Below, piece after piece: positions 51,040 through 62,979 of a DNA stretch of 64,000 bases. A program made the translations under genes and the position numbers. The stretch comes from Isurus oxyrinchus (lineage: Eukaryota): the NCBI GenBank assembly GCA_026770705.1, contig JANJGN010000210.1, forward strand, positions 62,001-126,000, given 5' to 3'. Numbering within the stretch: position 1 is the stretch's first letter; each line of letters starts with the position of its first letter. Below the pieces are notes generated by a model that did no database searches, was not told the DNA's origin, and saw only the letters and a program-made list of their open reading frames with translations.

Positions 51040-52430
51040 TATGTACATGTGAACATGCGGATCAGTAGCAGGAGTAGGCCATTTGGCCTCTGGGGCCTCC
51101 TCCACCATTCACTCCGGTCATAGCTGATATGATTGTGACGTTAACTCCACGTTCCCGCCTAATCTCCGCTAACCTTTGACTCCCTTGTTAATGAAGAATC
51201 TCTCTACCTCTGCCTTGAAATTTTAATGACTCCTCCTCCATCCCTCTCTGGGGAAGAGAGTTCCAAAGTTTCATGACTCTTTGAGAGAAAAATAAAATCC
51301 CCTCATTTCCGTCTGAAATGAGAGACCTCTTATTTTTAAACCGTGTTCCCTATCGTTAGTCTGTCTCACAAGGGGAAACATCCTTTCAGCATCCACCCTG
51401 TCAATTTCCCTCAGGATCTTACATGTTTCAATAAAATCAGCTCTTATTCTTCTAAACTCCGATGGATACAGGCCCAGCCTATCCGAATTTCCACATAAGA
51501 TAACCGACGACACCTCCCAGTATCATTTGAATTTACATTCTCTGAACAACTTCTAATGCTTTTACACCCTTTCTTAAATGAGACCAAATCTGTACACAGT
51601 AATTCAGAAGAGGTCTCATCGACACTCTGTTAAACTGTAACATAATATCCTTCCATTTATATTCTATTCCCCTTATAATAAATGCCAACACTCCCTTTGC
51701 CTTCCTCATCACTTGCTGTTCCTGTATTATAACTTTTTGTGATTCATACACCAAGGGATCCACATTCCTCTGTACCTCAGGGTTCTGCAGTCTCTCTTCC
51801 TTTCAATAATATGCTGCTTTTATATTCTTCCTGCCAAAGTGGACAAGTTTATATTTTCCCACATTATACTCCATCTGTCATTTTTTGCCCACTCACTTAA
51901 CCTATTGATATCCCTTTGCTGACCCTTTATCCCCTCTTCACCATTTACTTCCCTATCTGTCTTTGTGTCATCAGCAAATTTAGCAAATTCATTCAGTCCT
52001 TTCATTCAAGTCATTGATATAAATTGTAAATAGTTGAGGCTGCGGCAATGATCTCTGTGGAACTCCATTTGTCACATCTTGCCAACCTAAAATAACCAAT
52101 TTATCCCTGCTGTTTCCTGTTAGCTAACCAAACTTCTACTCATGCTGAAATGTTACTACTGACACCATTATTTTGTGCAGTAACCTTTGATGTGCCACTT
52201 TGTCAAATGCCTTCTGGTAGCCCAAGGGCAGCACACCCACAGGTTCTCCTTTATTCATGCTCCTTGTTACTTCCTCGAAGGACCTCAAATAAGTCAGCCA
52301 AACATGATTTCCCTTTCACAAAATCATGACGGGTTTGCATAATTGCATTTGAATTTTCTCAGTGACCCGTGATAGATTCCTGAATAATCGATTCCAGCAT
52401 TTTCGCTCGGACAGATGTTAAGCTAACTGG
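51040..52430 (-). mobile_element. CR1-clade LINE fragment in J-Cmu intron
   Basis: AKFADDTK, RPLLNYCVQIWS, LGLYPSEFRRIRADFIE. Confidence 0.88.
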
Positions 52431-52559
52431 CCTGCAGATGAGAGCCTTTCCCCGGGAATGGAAAGGATTTCAGGAGGGGGAGAGACAATGAGGGAGAGAT
52501 AGAGAGAGAGTTAGAGAGAGTGGAGCCCAGGGTATTTGGTGCCTCCACTCGCAACTGCT

Positions 52560-54060
52560 TTTGCCCAGCTCTCCCCACTATAGACTGGCTCTCAGCCCTT
52601 CCCCCACCCTCCGCCTCTCTGCTCTTTCCCCTCCACCTCTCTGCCCTTTCTCCCCCGCCTCTCTGCCCCTTCTCCCCAAGCTCTCTGCCCTTTGTCCTCA
52701 GCTCTCTGCACTTACTCCACGGCTCTATTCGCTTTTGCCCAGCTCTCTGACCCATTCCATTGGCTCACTGACCTGTCCCCTGGCTCGCTGACCTTTCCCC
52801 CTCAGCCCTTTCCCGTCTTCCACCTCTCTGTCCGCTCCCCCCTCTGCCTCTCCGCTCTCCCACCTCCCTGCCCTTTCCGCCACCCATCTCTCTGCCCTTT
52901 CCCCCTACTGCATCTCTGCCCTTACCCCCTGCCTCTCTGCCCTTATCCCCCGCCTCTCTGCCCTTTTCCCAGCTCACTGCCCTTTCCATCGACTCTCTGC
53001 CCTTTCTATCACCTCTCTGCCCTTCCCCCTCTGCCTCTCCACTCTTACCTCCCGCCTCTATGCCCTTTCCCCCTCCGACTCTCTGCCCACCCTCCTCTCT
53101 GTCCTTCCCCACTCTCCCTCTCTGCTCTGCCTCCTCCCTGCACCTTCCCCCTCCCGCCTCTCTACCCTTTCCCCCAACCCGCCTCTCTGTCCTTTCCCCC
53201 AGCCAGCTCTCTGCCCTTCCCCCTCCCACCTCTCGGCCCTTTCTCCATCCCGCCTCTCTGCCCTTACCCCCCACCTCTCTGCCTTTACCCCCTCTCCTCT
53301 CTGCCCTTTCCCTCACCTCTCTGCACTTTCCCCCCTCTGTCTCTATGCCCTTCCCCCCCTCCTCTCTGCCCTTTCCCCCTTTTCCTCTCTAACCACCCTC
53401 CCCTCTGTCCACCCCCCTCTGCCTCTCTGCCCTGCCTCCTCTATGCCCTTTCCCTCTCTTGCCTCTCTGCCCTTTCCCCTACCTGCCTCTCTGCCGTTAC
53501 CCCCCCCCCCCCCCGCTTCTCTGCCCTTTTCCCCACTCACCTCTTGGTCCTTTCCCCCTACCGCCTTTCTGCCCTCCCTCCTCTCTACCCTGTCTCTCTC
53601 CCGCCTCTCTGCCCTGTCCCTCACCCGCCTCTCTGCCCTTTCCCCCCCGCCTCTCTGCCCTTTCCACCACCCACCTTCCTGCCCGTTCCACCTGCCACCT
53701 CTCTGCCATTTCCCCTTACATCTCTGCCCATACCATCCCCCGCTTCTCTGCCCGGTCATCCCTCTGCCTCTCTGCCCTTCCCCACCCCCCACCTCTCTGC
53801 CCTTTCACTGGCTTGCTGATCTTTCCCCCTGCTCGCTGACCTTTGCCCCATCCCAATGCATTTTCTGCTGGATACCTGCCCTGTTCTCGGACTCTCTACC
53901 CTTCACCCGCAACCCTCCCCGGCTCTCTGCCATTTCCCCCACCTCCCTGCCCTTTCCCCCAGGCTCTCCGTGCTTTCCAACGAAGCTCGTCGCTCCCTTC
54001 AGCCATGCTCCACTTTCTGGCACTACTAGGCCTCAGGCCTCGCATGCAGGTCTCTCTTCC
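52560..54060 (-). repeat. About 1.5-kb purine/pyrimidine-skewed repeat, G-rich on the IgM sense strand (GGGGAAAGGGCAGAGAG-like units)
   Basis: CTCTCTGCCCTTTCCCC repeated dozens of times on the + strand. Confidence 0.92.
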
Positions 54061-54099
54061 CTGCAGTTCCCACCCTCCCACACACCAATTTATGAAAAG

Positions 54100-54975
54100 T
54101 GATTGAGTGAGTGAGCGCGTGCATGATTGACAAAGTGAGGGTGGCTGAGTGACAGATCAAGGGTGGGTGTCTGAGTGAGTGAGGGTGCGTGGGTGAGTGA
54201 AGGTGTGAGTGAGGGTGGTGCTGAGTGGGCGTGGGTAGGTGTCTGAATGTGGGTGAGTGAGAGTGGATGAGTGAGTGTGAGGGTGGGTGATTGAATGAGA
54301 GTAGCTGAGTGGCTGAGTGAGTGTTGGTGGGTATGTGAGGGTGGGTATGTGAGTGAGGGTGAGTGGGTGTGTGAGGGCGGGTGGATAAGATATTGAGTGT
54401 CAGTGAAGGTAGGTGAGTGAGGACGGGAGGGTGAGTGAGGATGAGTGAGTGAGGGTGAGTGAGTGAAGGTTAAAGTAATTGATGGTGAGTGAATGAGGGT
54501 TTGTGAAGCTGGGTGAGTGGGTGAGGGTGAGTGAGGGTGGGTGAAGGAGTGAGATTGAGTGATGGTGAGTGAATGAGTGTGGGTGAGTGAGGGTGATTGA
54601 GTGAGGGTGAGTGAGTGATGAGTGAGTGAGGGTGGGTGAGTGAGGGTGATTGAGTGAGTGTGAGTGAGGGTGAGTGATGAGTGTGAGTGAGGGTGAGTGA
54701 GTGAGGGTGGGTGAGTGAGGGTGATTGAGTGAGTGTGAGTGAGTGTGAGTGAGGGTGAGTGAGGGTGAGTGAGTGAGATTGAGTGAGGGTGAGTGATTGT
54801 GGGAAGTGAGGGTGAGTGAGTGAGTGAGTGAGGGTGAGTGATTGTGGGTAGTGAGGGTGAGTGAGTGTGAGTGAGGGCGAGTGAGGGTGAGTGAGTGAGA
54901 TTGAGTGAGGGTGAGTGATTGTGGGTAGTGAGGGTGAGTGAGAGAGTGAGGGTGAGTGATTGTGGGTAGTGAGGG
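54100..54975. repeat. (GAGT/GAGGGT)n simple repeat
   Basis: GAGTGAGGGT tandem units. Confidence 0.92.
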
Positions 54976-55551
54976 TGCCCTGGTGCTGCAGGCTCATCAA
55001 GGCGATGTTTCTCCGGATGATTTTCTGCTCCGGCTCAGCTTTCCATTGTCTGTTGTCCACAGCCGAGCTGAGGGCTCCTCCATTCGGCTCCATCACCTCC
55101 ACCTCCTCCTCTTCCTCTCCATAGATCCTATCCTGATTCTCCATATTGACCAGCTTTCAGTAACACCGGCTGCATAAAGTCAGGCAGCAGTGTAGATCAC
55201 TGGCCAGCTGCTTTAATGCCGATGCCTTTCTTTAAGAAACCCGTGTCAGTGCGCGAATAGGCAGACTGAGGGGGCTGGAGGGGAAGGGTACAGCAAAACC
55301 AGGAAGGGCCGTGCAGGCATCTTGCACCAAGTGTGCACCAGTATTGGGGATCCAGGCGGCCGTGGTCTCAGTCACATCCCTCCACTTTTCTTGTTTCTTT
55401 GTGTTTGGTTCAACACTTGGAAATTCTCCACATATATAGTGAGGTCACCTGTGTAATTTCATTTTACCCAAAAAGGCATCAGAAACGGAACAATGAACAT
55501 GCCTGCAGCTTAAAGGATCTTCTTTCTGAAATTAACATTTTCAGCCCACTT

Positions 55552-55741
55552 NNNNNNNNNNNNNNNNNNNNNNNNNNNNNNNNNNNNNNNNNNNNNNNNN
55601 NNNNNNNNNNNNNNNNNNNNNNNNNNNNNNNNNNNNNNNNNNNNNNNNNNNNNNNNNNNNNNNNNNNNNNNNNNNNNNNNNNNNNNNNNNNNNNNNNNNN
55701 NNNNNNNNNNNNNNNNNNNNNNNNNNNNNNNNNNNNNNNNN
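55552..55741. other. Assembly gap (N run) in J-Cmu intron, followed by (GA/GT)n repeat to about 56460
   Basis: 190 N characters. Confidence 0.99.
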
Positions 55742-58700
55742 GCGTGAGAGTGTTTGAGAGAGAGAGCATGTGTGTGTGATAGAGAGAGAGTGAATGTGTT
55801 TGTGTATGTGTGAGAGTGTGTGTGGGGGTGTGAGTGATATGTAGTATATGTAGTATAAGTACGTGAGAGAGAGTTTGTGTGAGAGTAGAAAGAGTGTGTG
55901 AAAGAGAGAACCAGTGTGTGTGTCAGAGAGAGAGTGTGTGTGCGTGAGAGAGCGAAAGAATGAGAGCGAGTGCGTGTGTGAGAGGAACAGTGTGTGTGTG
56001 TGTGTGTGAGGGAATGTGAATGTGTTTCTGTGTGCGTCAGAGAGAGAGATTGAGGATGTGTGTGAGGATGTGAGAGACAGTGTTATGTGTCTGTGTGTGA
56101 CAGAGGGGGAGAATTGAGAGTATGTATGTGTGTGTGGCAGAGAGGGTGTATGTATGTGAGATATAGAGTGGGTATGTGTAAAAGAGAGAGAGTGTGTGCA
56201 TGTGTTTGTGTGAGAGCGAGAGAGAATGCATGTGTGAGAGTGCAGGTGTGAGAAAGAAAGAGTGCATGTATGTGTGTAGGAGATAGTGTGCACGTGTTAA
56301 AGGGAGTTTGTGTGGGAGAGAGTGAATGTGAGTGTGTGTGTGACAGAGAGAGAAAGAGAGAGTGTGTGTCTGTCAGAGAGAGTGCATGAGAGAATGTATG
56401 TGCACGTATGTGAGAGAGAGCGTGTGTGACAGAGAGTGAGCGAATGAGGGTGTGTGGTAAAGAGACTGAGTGTGTCGAGGTAGATCAGCCACGATCTTGC
56501 TGAATGGGGGGCAGGATCGAAGGGCTGAATGTCCTCCTCATGCTCTCATTTCTGTAATTCATTCCTCTCCCTGCAGGTGGCAATCCAATGGCTCAGTTTT
56601 TGATGGTGGCTCCTTTTCCCAAATCCCCCGCAGCTGGTTATTTGTAGTGGGAGTCTGGTATTTGTCCATTTCAATCGTTTAAATAACTCTGATCAGATCA
56701 GAACAGGCACTGCTCTCTGGAGCCTCACTGTCACTCCCTGATTCTGTTTGTTCTGAAATTGTGCTCAAGTTCAGGTCACTCACATTCAATGATTTTCTGA
56801 TACTCAAAATGCTTAAACATAATTAATTCATTAAAATTTATACATGTTCTCTGCAGAAATATTGTTAAAAACAGTTAACGTGTGTCATTTCAACCGAGCA
56901 ATGGAACAATTTATTTTCGCAGATCTGGCTCGAAAACCCACGGCCAGTTAGTTCAATGCTGATTCAGTTTGTTTGACCTCTGCAGGGAGAAGACTCCCAG
57001 GTCAGGGACAGGACACGTTAAGATATGGATTAAATTCCCCACTCCTCCCCCAGTCACTCCTGTCATCAGCTGCAAGGGTGGGATTCAACAGAAAGCCAAC
57101 TCTCCACTAAACTGTCAAACACTCCGGGGCAGGTACAGCACTGGTTTGACATAAAATAAAACTCTCTCTACATTGTTCCATCAAATATGCCCAGGAGAGG
57201 GTTCAATCCAGTTTTGATATAAGTGCTGTACTGCAGGAGCCGGTCAGAGGCTGGGAATTCTGTGGCAAGTAATTCAACTCTTATCGCCCAAAGAAAACTG
57301 ACCATCTACAAGGCTCAAGTCAGGACTGGGATTGAATAGTTTCCACTTGCTTCAATGTGTGAAACTTCAAAAAACCCCAAGAAACTCCATACTATCCAGG
57401 ACAAAGCAGCCCACAGAATTGGTACCCCATCCACTACCTTAAACATTCCCTCCCTCCCCCACCAATGCACAGTGACAGCAGTGTGTGCCATACACAAGAT
57501 GCACTGCAGCAACTCGCCAAGACTCCTTCAAAACCCGCAACCTCTCCTAACTAGAAGGACAAGGGCAGCAGGTGCTTGAAACATCGCCACCTGTATGTTC
57601 CCCTCCAAGACACTGAAAATCCTGATTTGGAACTATATCGCCGTTCCTTCACTGTCAATGTGTCAAAATCCTGGAACTCCCGACCTAACAGCACTGTGAG
57701 TGAACATGCAGCAATTCAAGGAGGCGGCAGTTCAACACTTCCAAGGATGGGCAATTAGGATGGGCAACAAATGCTGGCCTTGCCAGCGACCCCAACATCC
57801 TATGATAGGATTAAAAATAAGATACAAAGTAATTTCTTCCTCCGCATTGTCCAATCAAATAGGTCAAGGACTGCGACAGCACAGATTAACATAGGATAAA
57901 ACTCTCTCTGCATTGCCTAACTGATCTCCCAAGACAGAAACATCACTGGCTTAGAATCGACCAAATCTCCTTCGACAGTCTGTCTGTCGTTTCTGAACTG
58001 TCCTTTCTGACTGTCACAATGGGTTGGGCATCTCATTTCTGAGGCGCCTGGTCAAAAAGTCAAACTTTCATATTTCTCACAAATACAAGTCTTGTGAAGA
58101 AATTAATCGAACTGCACTTCCTGAAATACAGGAGAGTGAACCAGAAGGTTAACAACCAACCAGGAAGATTCCTGGTCCCAGCACAGTGACCATGCGCACA
58201 GAAACAGAACAGACAAAAACGGTGCAACAATCGAATTCCCAGCAGATAGATCTGTTCAATTTGTCCATTTCATTCAAGCTGTTTGATTCCAATTGATCAA
58301 CAGTCAACTTGTTACAATTATTCTATAACTTCTTTGAAATTAAACTGATTTTCATTTCAAGTCCATTTGAAGTCCATTTAATTCTCCGTCTGACTCAAAT
58401 CTCCAAACAATGTATGATTTAAGTTACCCTGAAAATGAGCACAGCAAATCCTACAGATTCAGGATAATTAGTTGTTCGTAATAAAGACTCAATGACAGGG
58501 TAAGAATTAAACAAATCAGGAAACATTCACATTGAAAACCGATTACACACTGATTTCTTTTGATTTTAGGTATAAATATAACCAATAAAAACATCAAGGC
58601 GAAACACATTATCGAGCTGAGCACAGCTGAGTAAGAAAAGTATTCTTTTCTGAATTCATTTTGGATACAATTAAAAATTCTCTCCACCCTTTGAGATTTT

Positions 58701-61133
58701 GCATTCACTATAATGTCCAGTACACTATTTAATTGTTGGAGTTCATTTATGTTGAATTAATTATCACTAATATTATATTGTAAGTTAATTACCTTGTTAT
58801 TGTCAATTCATTTTCTTGTTAGCTGATTTCTACTTTATAATAAAAATAGTTTTCAATGATTGAAAATTTGTTTCTCCTTGGTACTTTGTGAAATAATTGA
58901 GGTTTATTTAAATCAACCTTACACTGAAACAATGTTATACAATAAACTTCACATTACTAGATGGTAACATTCAGGCAAGTATATCAATTTTACTTATATC
59001 TGATCAATATTTACTATTGTATTTTTACTTCTCCTGCTCTGTTTTAACGGACAAAATTATAAACTATGCGTTTCTGAAGAGATTGAGAAATCATAAGTTC
59101 CATCTATTCTCATCAAGCAATTCACACGACAAATTTATGAGTTGAATATTTGAAACACTTTCAAATCTGACCGGGGTCACATCGCATTAACTGTCGATGA
59201 GGTGTAATATCATTTGTTTACTGAATTAATCTTGTCTTAACTCCAAGCTACATATAAACAAATCTTCCTGGCAGTTACTTATTATCAATAAAATTGCTTC
59301 CTAGATAACAATCCCTATAATTTAATTGTTAATTATATTATTCACTGAAAAAGATCCAAATTGATCAGTATAAAACTTGATGAGAACAATTCATTCAGAT
59401 CATCTGCACCACTGAAATATTACTGGCAAATTGATTCCAGATTTTGTCCTTCAAGTTAATATTTAATAAGAATTAAGCATGAATCTCAGATATAATCTGT
59501 ACTTCTCCTATAATTCTATTCTGTGCACAGCACAGCAATAGGAGACAGGATGTTGTTATTAAGTTCAAAACTAAAACTAATGTTTGCAATTAAATTAACC
59601 TGTTCGAATTTCAAGCTTTTACTTGTCAATCTCTATTCAAATGCAGTCTGCACCTTCCCACAGTTCAAAAAATGTAAGAACAATTCCTTTACTGCCAGCG
59701 AATTACACCCCCCAGTAAACTGTTTAGAATTAGATTAGTGACAATTATCTCGCAATCCAAATCCCAATGACATTGAAGGAATAATATGGTTATGGCTGCA
59801 CAGAAAGAATGTAATAACCGGATAGACATATTGCCAAACTGCAATGTCAAACTCTTCTTTAAGTCAATGCAAATGTTATCAGGGATATAAAAAAGTAATT
59901 TAAAATCTCTTTTGAAACTGAACAATTTTGTAGTCAATATATTCTTACTGAAATTTTTTCAACCATAATCACAAAATGTTTCCAGCCTAAAAACTTTCCC
60001 GATCATGTTAATTGTGCGCAGAGCACAGCAGAATTGTGAAAGGCGATTAATGATCAATTAGGTTAATATGAAAGCTGTTCCATCAATATGGAGAAATATT
60101 ACCACATTATAATTGTTTGAATTGTATTAATTTTACTCTACAATTTGAAAACTTGGTAATTATATAGTTTCTGATTGCAGTAACGAATTATGTTCTGAGT
60201 GAGCGTCATAATCCATGGTTTAGTTTAATCTGCAATTACCACTTAAAATAAAGACAAAATGTTCTAACACATTTTAAACGCTTTTTTTCCATTTCTGAAA
60301 CCTGTTTGTTTTCTGCATACAATCGCGCTTCAAGCAGATACAAACGCGTAGGTTGCTTCAATTCAATCGCAAAACGTGTAACCGCTCAATGTCACCGAGT
60401 TTAAACAAAGCAGAAACAATGCAGAACCGCCAAACCGTTTCATAAATTCTACTTGTTCAAAGTCACCCAGACACACAATCTCCTCAGCAGAAAATACACC
60501 AAAATCACATCACTGAGGGGCTGAAACCCGTTTCATGGAGAAGCAGCTCAATTCTACAAACGCTTCCAACAGAATTCATTGTAACATTGCAAGAAAATCT
60601 CAATATCGAATCCAGACAACCGCTCGTCACCAAATGAATGAATAATTAAACTAAACAGAAATATGGAATAATGTCAACAGCATTCTGGAATGCTGTAGGC
60701 GGAACATGTTCAATAAATTATTATTAAAACTTAAGCATATTTGCTAAAATTGGGTTTGATTTCAAATCTATTTAAATCCTTGTGCAACAGATGGTAAAAC
60801 CCGCAGCCATTAGATGTCACCGAGATTAAACAATGCAGAAACGTCAAACTGTTTTCACAAACGTTAGATATTTCAAGTAGCCCGGCCACACAGTATCCTC
60901 AGCAGGTAAACACCAAATCACAACGACCAAGGTCTCAATCCATCAGCAGCACTTCTTATCAAGACACAGCGGAATTATATAACTCAATTTCAGCAGAATC
61001 ACATGAAACATTGTAAAAATTCTACATACAGAATCCACCAAACCCAGATTTCATTGGCTGAATAAATTATTAAAATAGACAAAAAAGCAAAGACTCAAAT
61101 AAAACAGTTACTAAATAAATGTGTGGTTCTTAC

Positions 61134-61181
61134 CGGCAGTCACTGTCATCATGGTCCCTTTCCCCCAGTAGTCCATAGCTT
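61134..61181 (-). CDS. IGHJ: IgH JH segment (AMDYWGKGTMMTVTA)
   Basis: WGxG motif, donor G|GTAAG; RSS CACAGTG (61182-61188) + 23 nt + ATAATAACT (61212-61220). Confidence 0.95.
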
Positions 61182-61549
61182 CACAGTGTTACATTCCCTG
61201 GGCTGTGCCATATAATAACTGGCCCTGCACGAAAAAGACAGAAATCCACCATTATTTTAAATATTCATAAGTCAGAGGCAAAGCAAGATCTCGATGAATC
61301 TTCACGAAATTATATTTGCGTATGTGGATATCTTTAGCTATTTATCAATGATCCTCATGTTTTATAATTCACAGAATAACACATAAACATTTTATTGAAT
61401 TCACCAACTGATGAATGCATAATTATCACAACTTTTCCATCTTAAACCATGCTTTTTGGGCAGTGCTGAGTAGAAATAATACTTCATTGTAAATATAGCA
61501 GGATTGTAAAAGCGAGCACTGAACCCGGCAGACTCAATTAGTGCTGAGG

Positions 61550-61618
61550 GGTTTTTGTATTCTTAGTAACTGCTGTGCCACCCAGTATATCACAGCGAGA
61601 CACATCATGTCAAATACT
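61550..61618 (-). other. IGHD: IgH D2 segment (coding 61578-61590, ATATACTGGGTGG) flanked by 12-RSS and 12-RSS
   Basis: + strand GGTTTTTGT-12-TGCTGTG [D] CACAGCG-12-TCAAATACT. Confidence 0.93.
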
Positions 61619-61928
61619 GCGGCAGACTGTTCACTGTAAATGCAGAGATTTAATTTCACTGCGCTCACAAAAACCTGATTCCGACACACCTAAGAGTGAA
61701 TCAGTGAGATATTTCAGCTTGTGCTGGTCATTATATTTATAAATATGATTGGAGTTCTTTAAAAGCCTCTGTGAAGATTTAGCGTGTCCGTAAACACAAA
61801 CAAAGCAGAAGACTTTTATATATTTTTGCAAGCCAATATTACTTATACCCATTATTTTATTTAGCTCCTATTTTCTTTGACTTTTCCTGTTGTGATCGTG
61901 ATCACCAATTTGAACAAACTCCTTCTGA

Positions 61929-62008
61929 GGTTTTTGTATGAGGATGTCGCTGTGCACAGCACTGTGACCCCCTGTAGTATCACAGTGAAATACACCCGCA
62001 CAAAAACT
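61929..62008 (-). other. IGHD: IgH D1 segment (coding 61967-61980, ATACTACAGGGGGT) with 5' 12-RSS and 3' 22-RSS
   Basis: + strand GGTTTTTGT-22-CACTGTG [D] CACAGTG-12-ACAAAAACT; the 12/22 then 12/12 D arrangement is the shark IgM pattern. Confidence 0.95.
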
Positions 62009-62377
62009 GCACCCACTCTCTGTTCAGTGCTGCCTCTCAATATTCACTTCAAAAAGACGTTTACTCCTGATCTAGTTTAGTATTTATGCAGCAATTTACA
62101 AAACTCAATGAACAGTGATCCCCTACAAGTATTAGACATATTCAAATGAACATTACATCCAGGTCTGTAATTGCGGAAACTGTTAACAGTAAATATAAAC
62201 ACAGCCGAAGTTCAACCCATGATATCGATTGTTTTGTTAGGTTTTACTGTTAAATTTGCTGTTTTACTTTGGTCAGAAGCGACTTGTTGTCGGGTTCTGA
62301 TCATTACAGTTAATATTACATTTAAAACAAGTACTGACTGTCAGGTTACGATGGAAGTTGTTGAGTTTCTCTCGATC

Positions 62378-62416
62378 TGATCTAGTTCGGGTCCAGCCCT
62401 GGTTCCTCTCGCTGTG
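62378..62416 (-). promoter_or_regulatory. VH 23-RSS with weak nonamer
   Basis: CACAGCG + 23 nt + ACTAGATCA (5/9 match to ACAAAAACC). Confidence 0.8.
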
Positions 62417-62893
62417 GTCTCTTGCACAGTAATAGATGGCGGTGTCTTCAGTCTTCAGGCTCGTCATGTCCAAGGAAAAGATGTTTCTTGAAGTGTCTTT
62501 GGACGCAGTAAATCGATTTTTAATTCCTGGGGCGTAGTTGTTGCTGGATGAACTATCGTACCGAAGCAGCCACTCCAACCCTTGTCCGGGAACCTGTCGG
62601 ACCCAGCTCATCCAGTAGATGCCAAGATCGAAGCCGCTGGTTTTACAGGTCAGTGTCAGGGAGCCTCCGGGACGCCCGGTCTCTGCCTCTGGCTGAGTCA
62701 ACACAACCTCCGACTGGACACCTGTAAAAATATATCAAAAACCCCGAGGATTAATCCTGGTGAAATGATTCCTGACTCTGTAACATTCCAGAGAGATTAA
62801 CTCTGAGACAGTAATAGTGACACACTTGGAGAATGAAAACTACTCACGGGATAAGAAAGTCAGCAAGAAACTGAGAGAAATCGCCGACCTCAT
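62417..62893 (-). CDS. IGHV: IgM VH gene (leader 62848-62893, V exon 62417-62721), open frame
   Basis: [15 protein letters not shown]|[64 protein letters not shown]. Confidence 0.97.
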
Positions 62894-62979
62894 CCTTCTG
62901 GTCATTTGGGGAAAATGGTTCTGTCCAGAACTCAGTAAACAAACCAGCTCCCGGACTGTTGGATTCCGGCTCCAGTGAG

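Noticed and set aside
45827-56293. Long Pro/Leu, His/Thr and Cys/Val-rich ORFs
   Set aside because: Translations of simple repeats (TG, CTCTGCCC, GAGT) and of the N gap.
61134-62721. Germline-joined VDJ cluster
   Set aside because: V, D1, D2 and J are separate, each with its own RSS.
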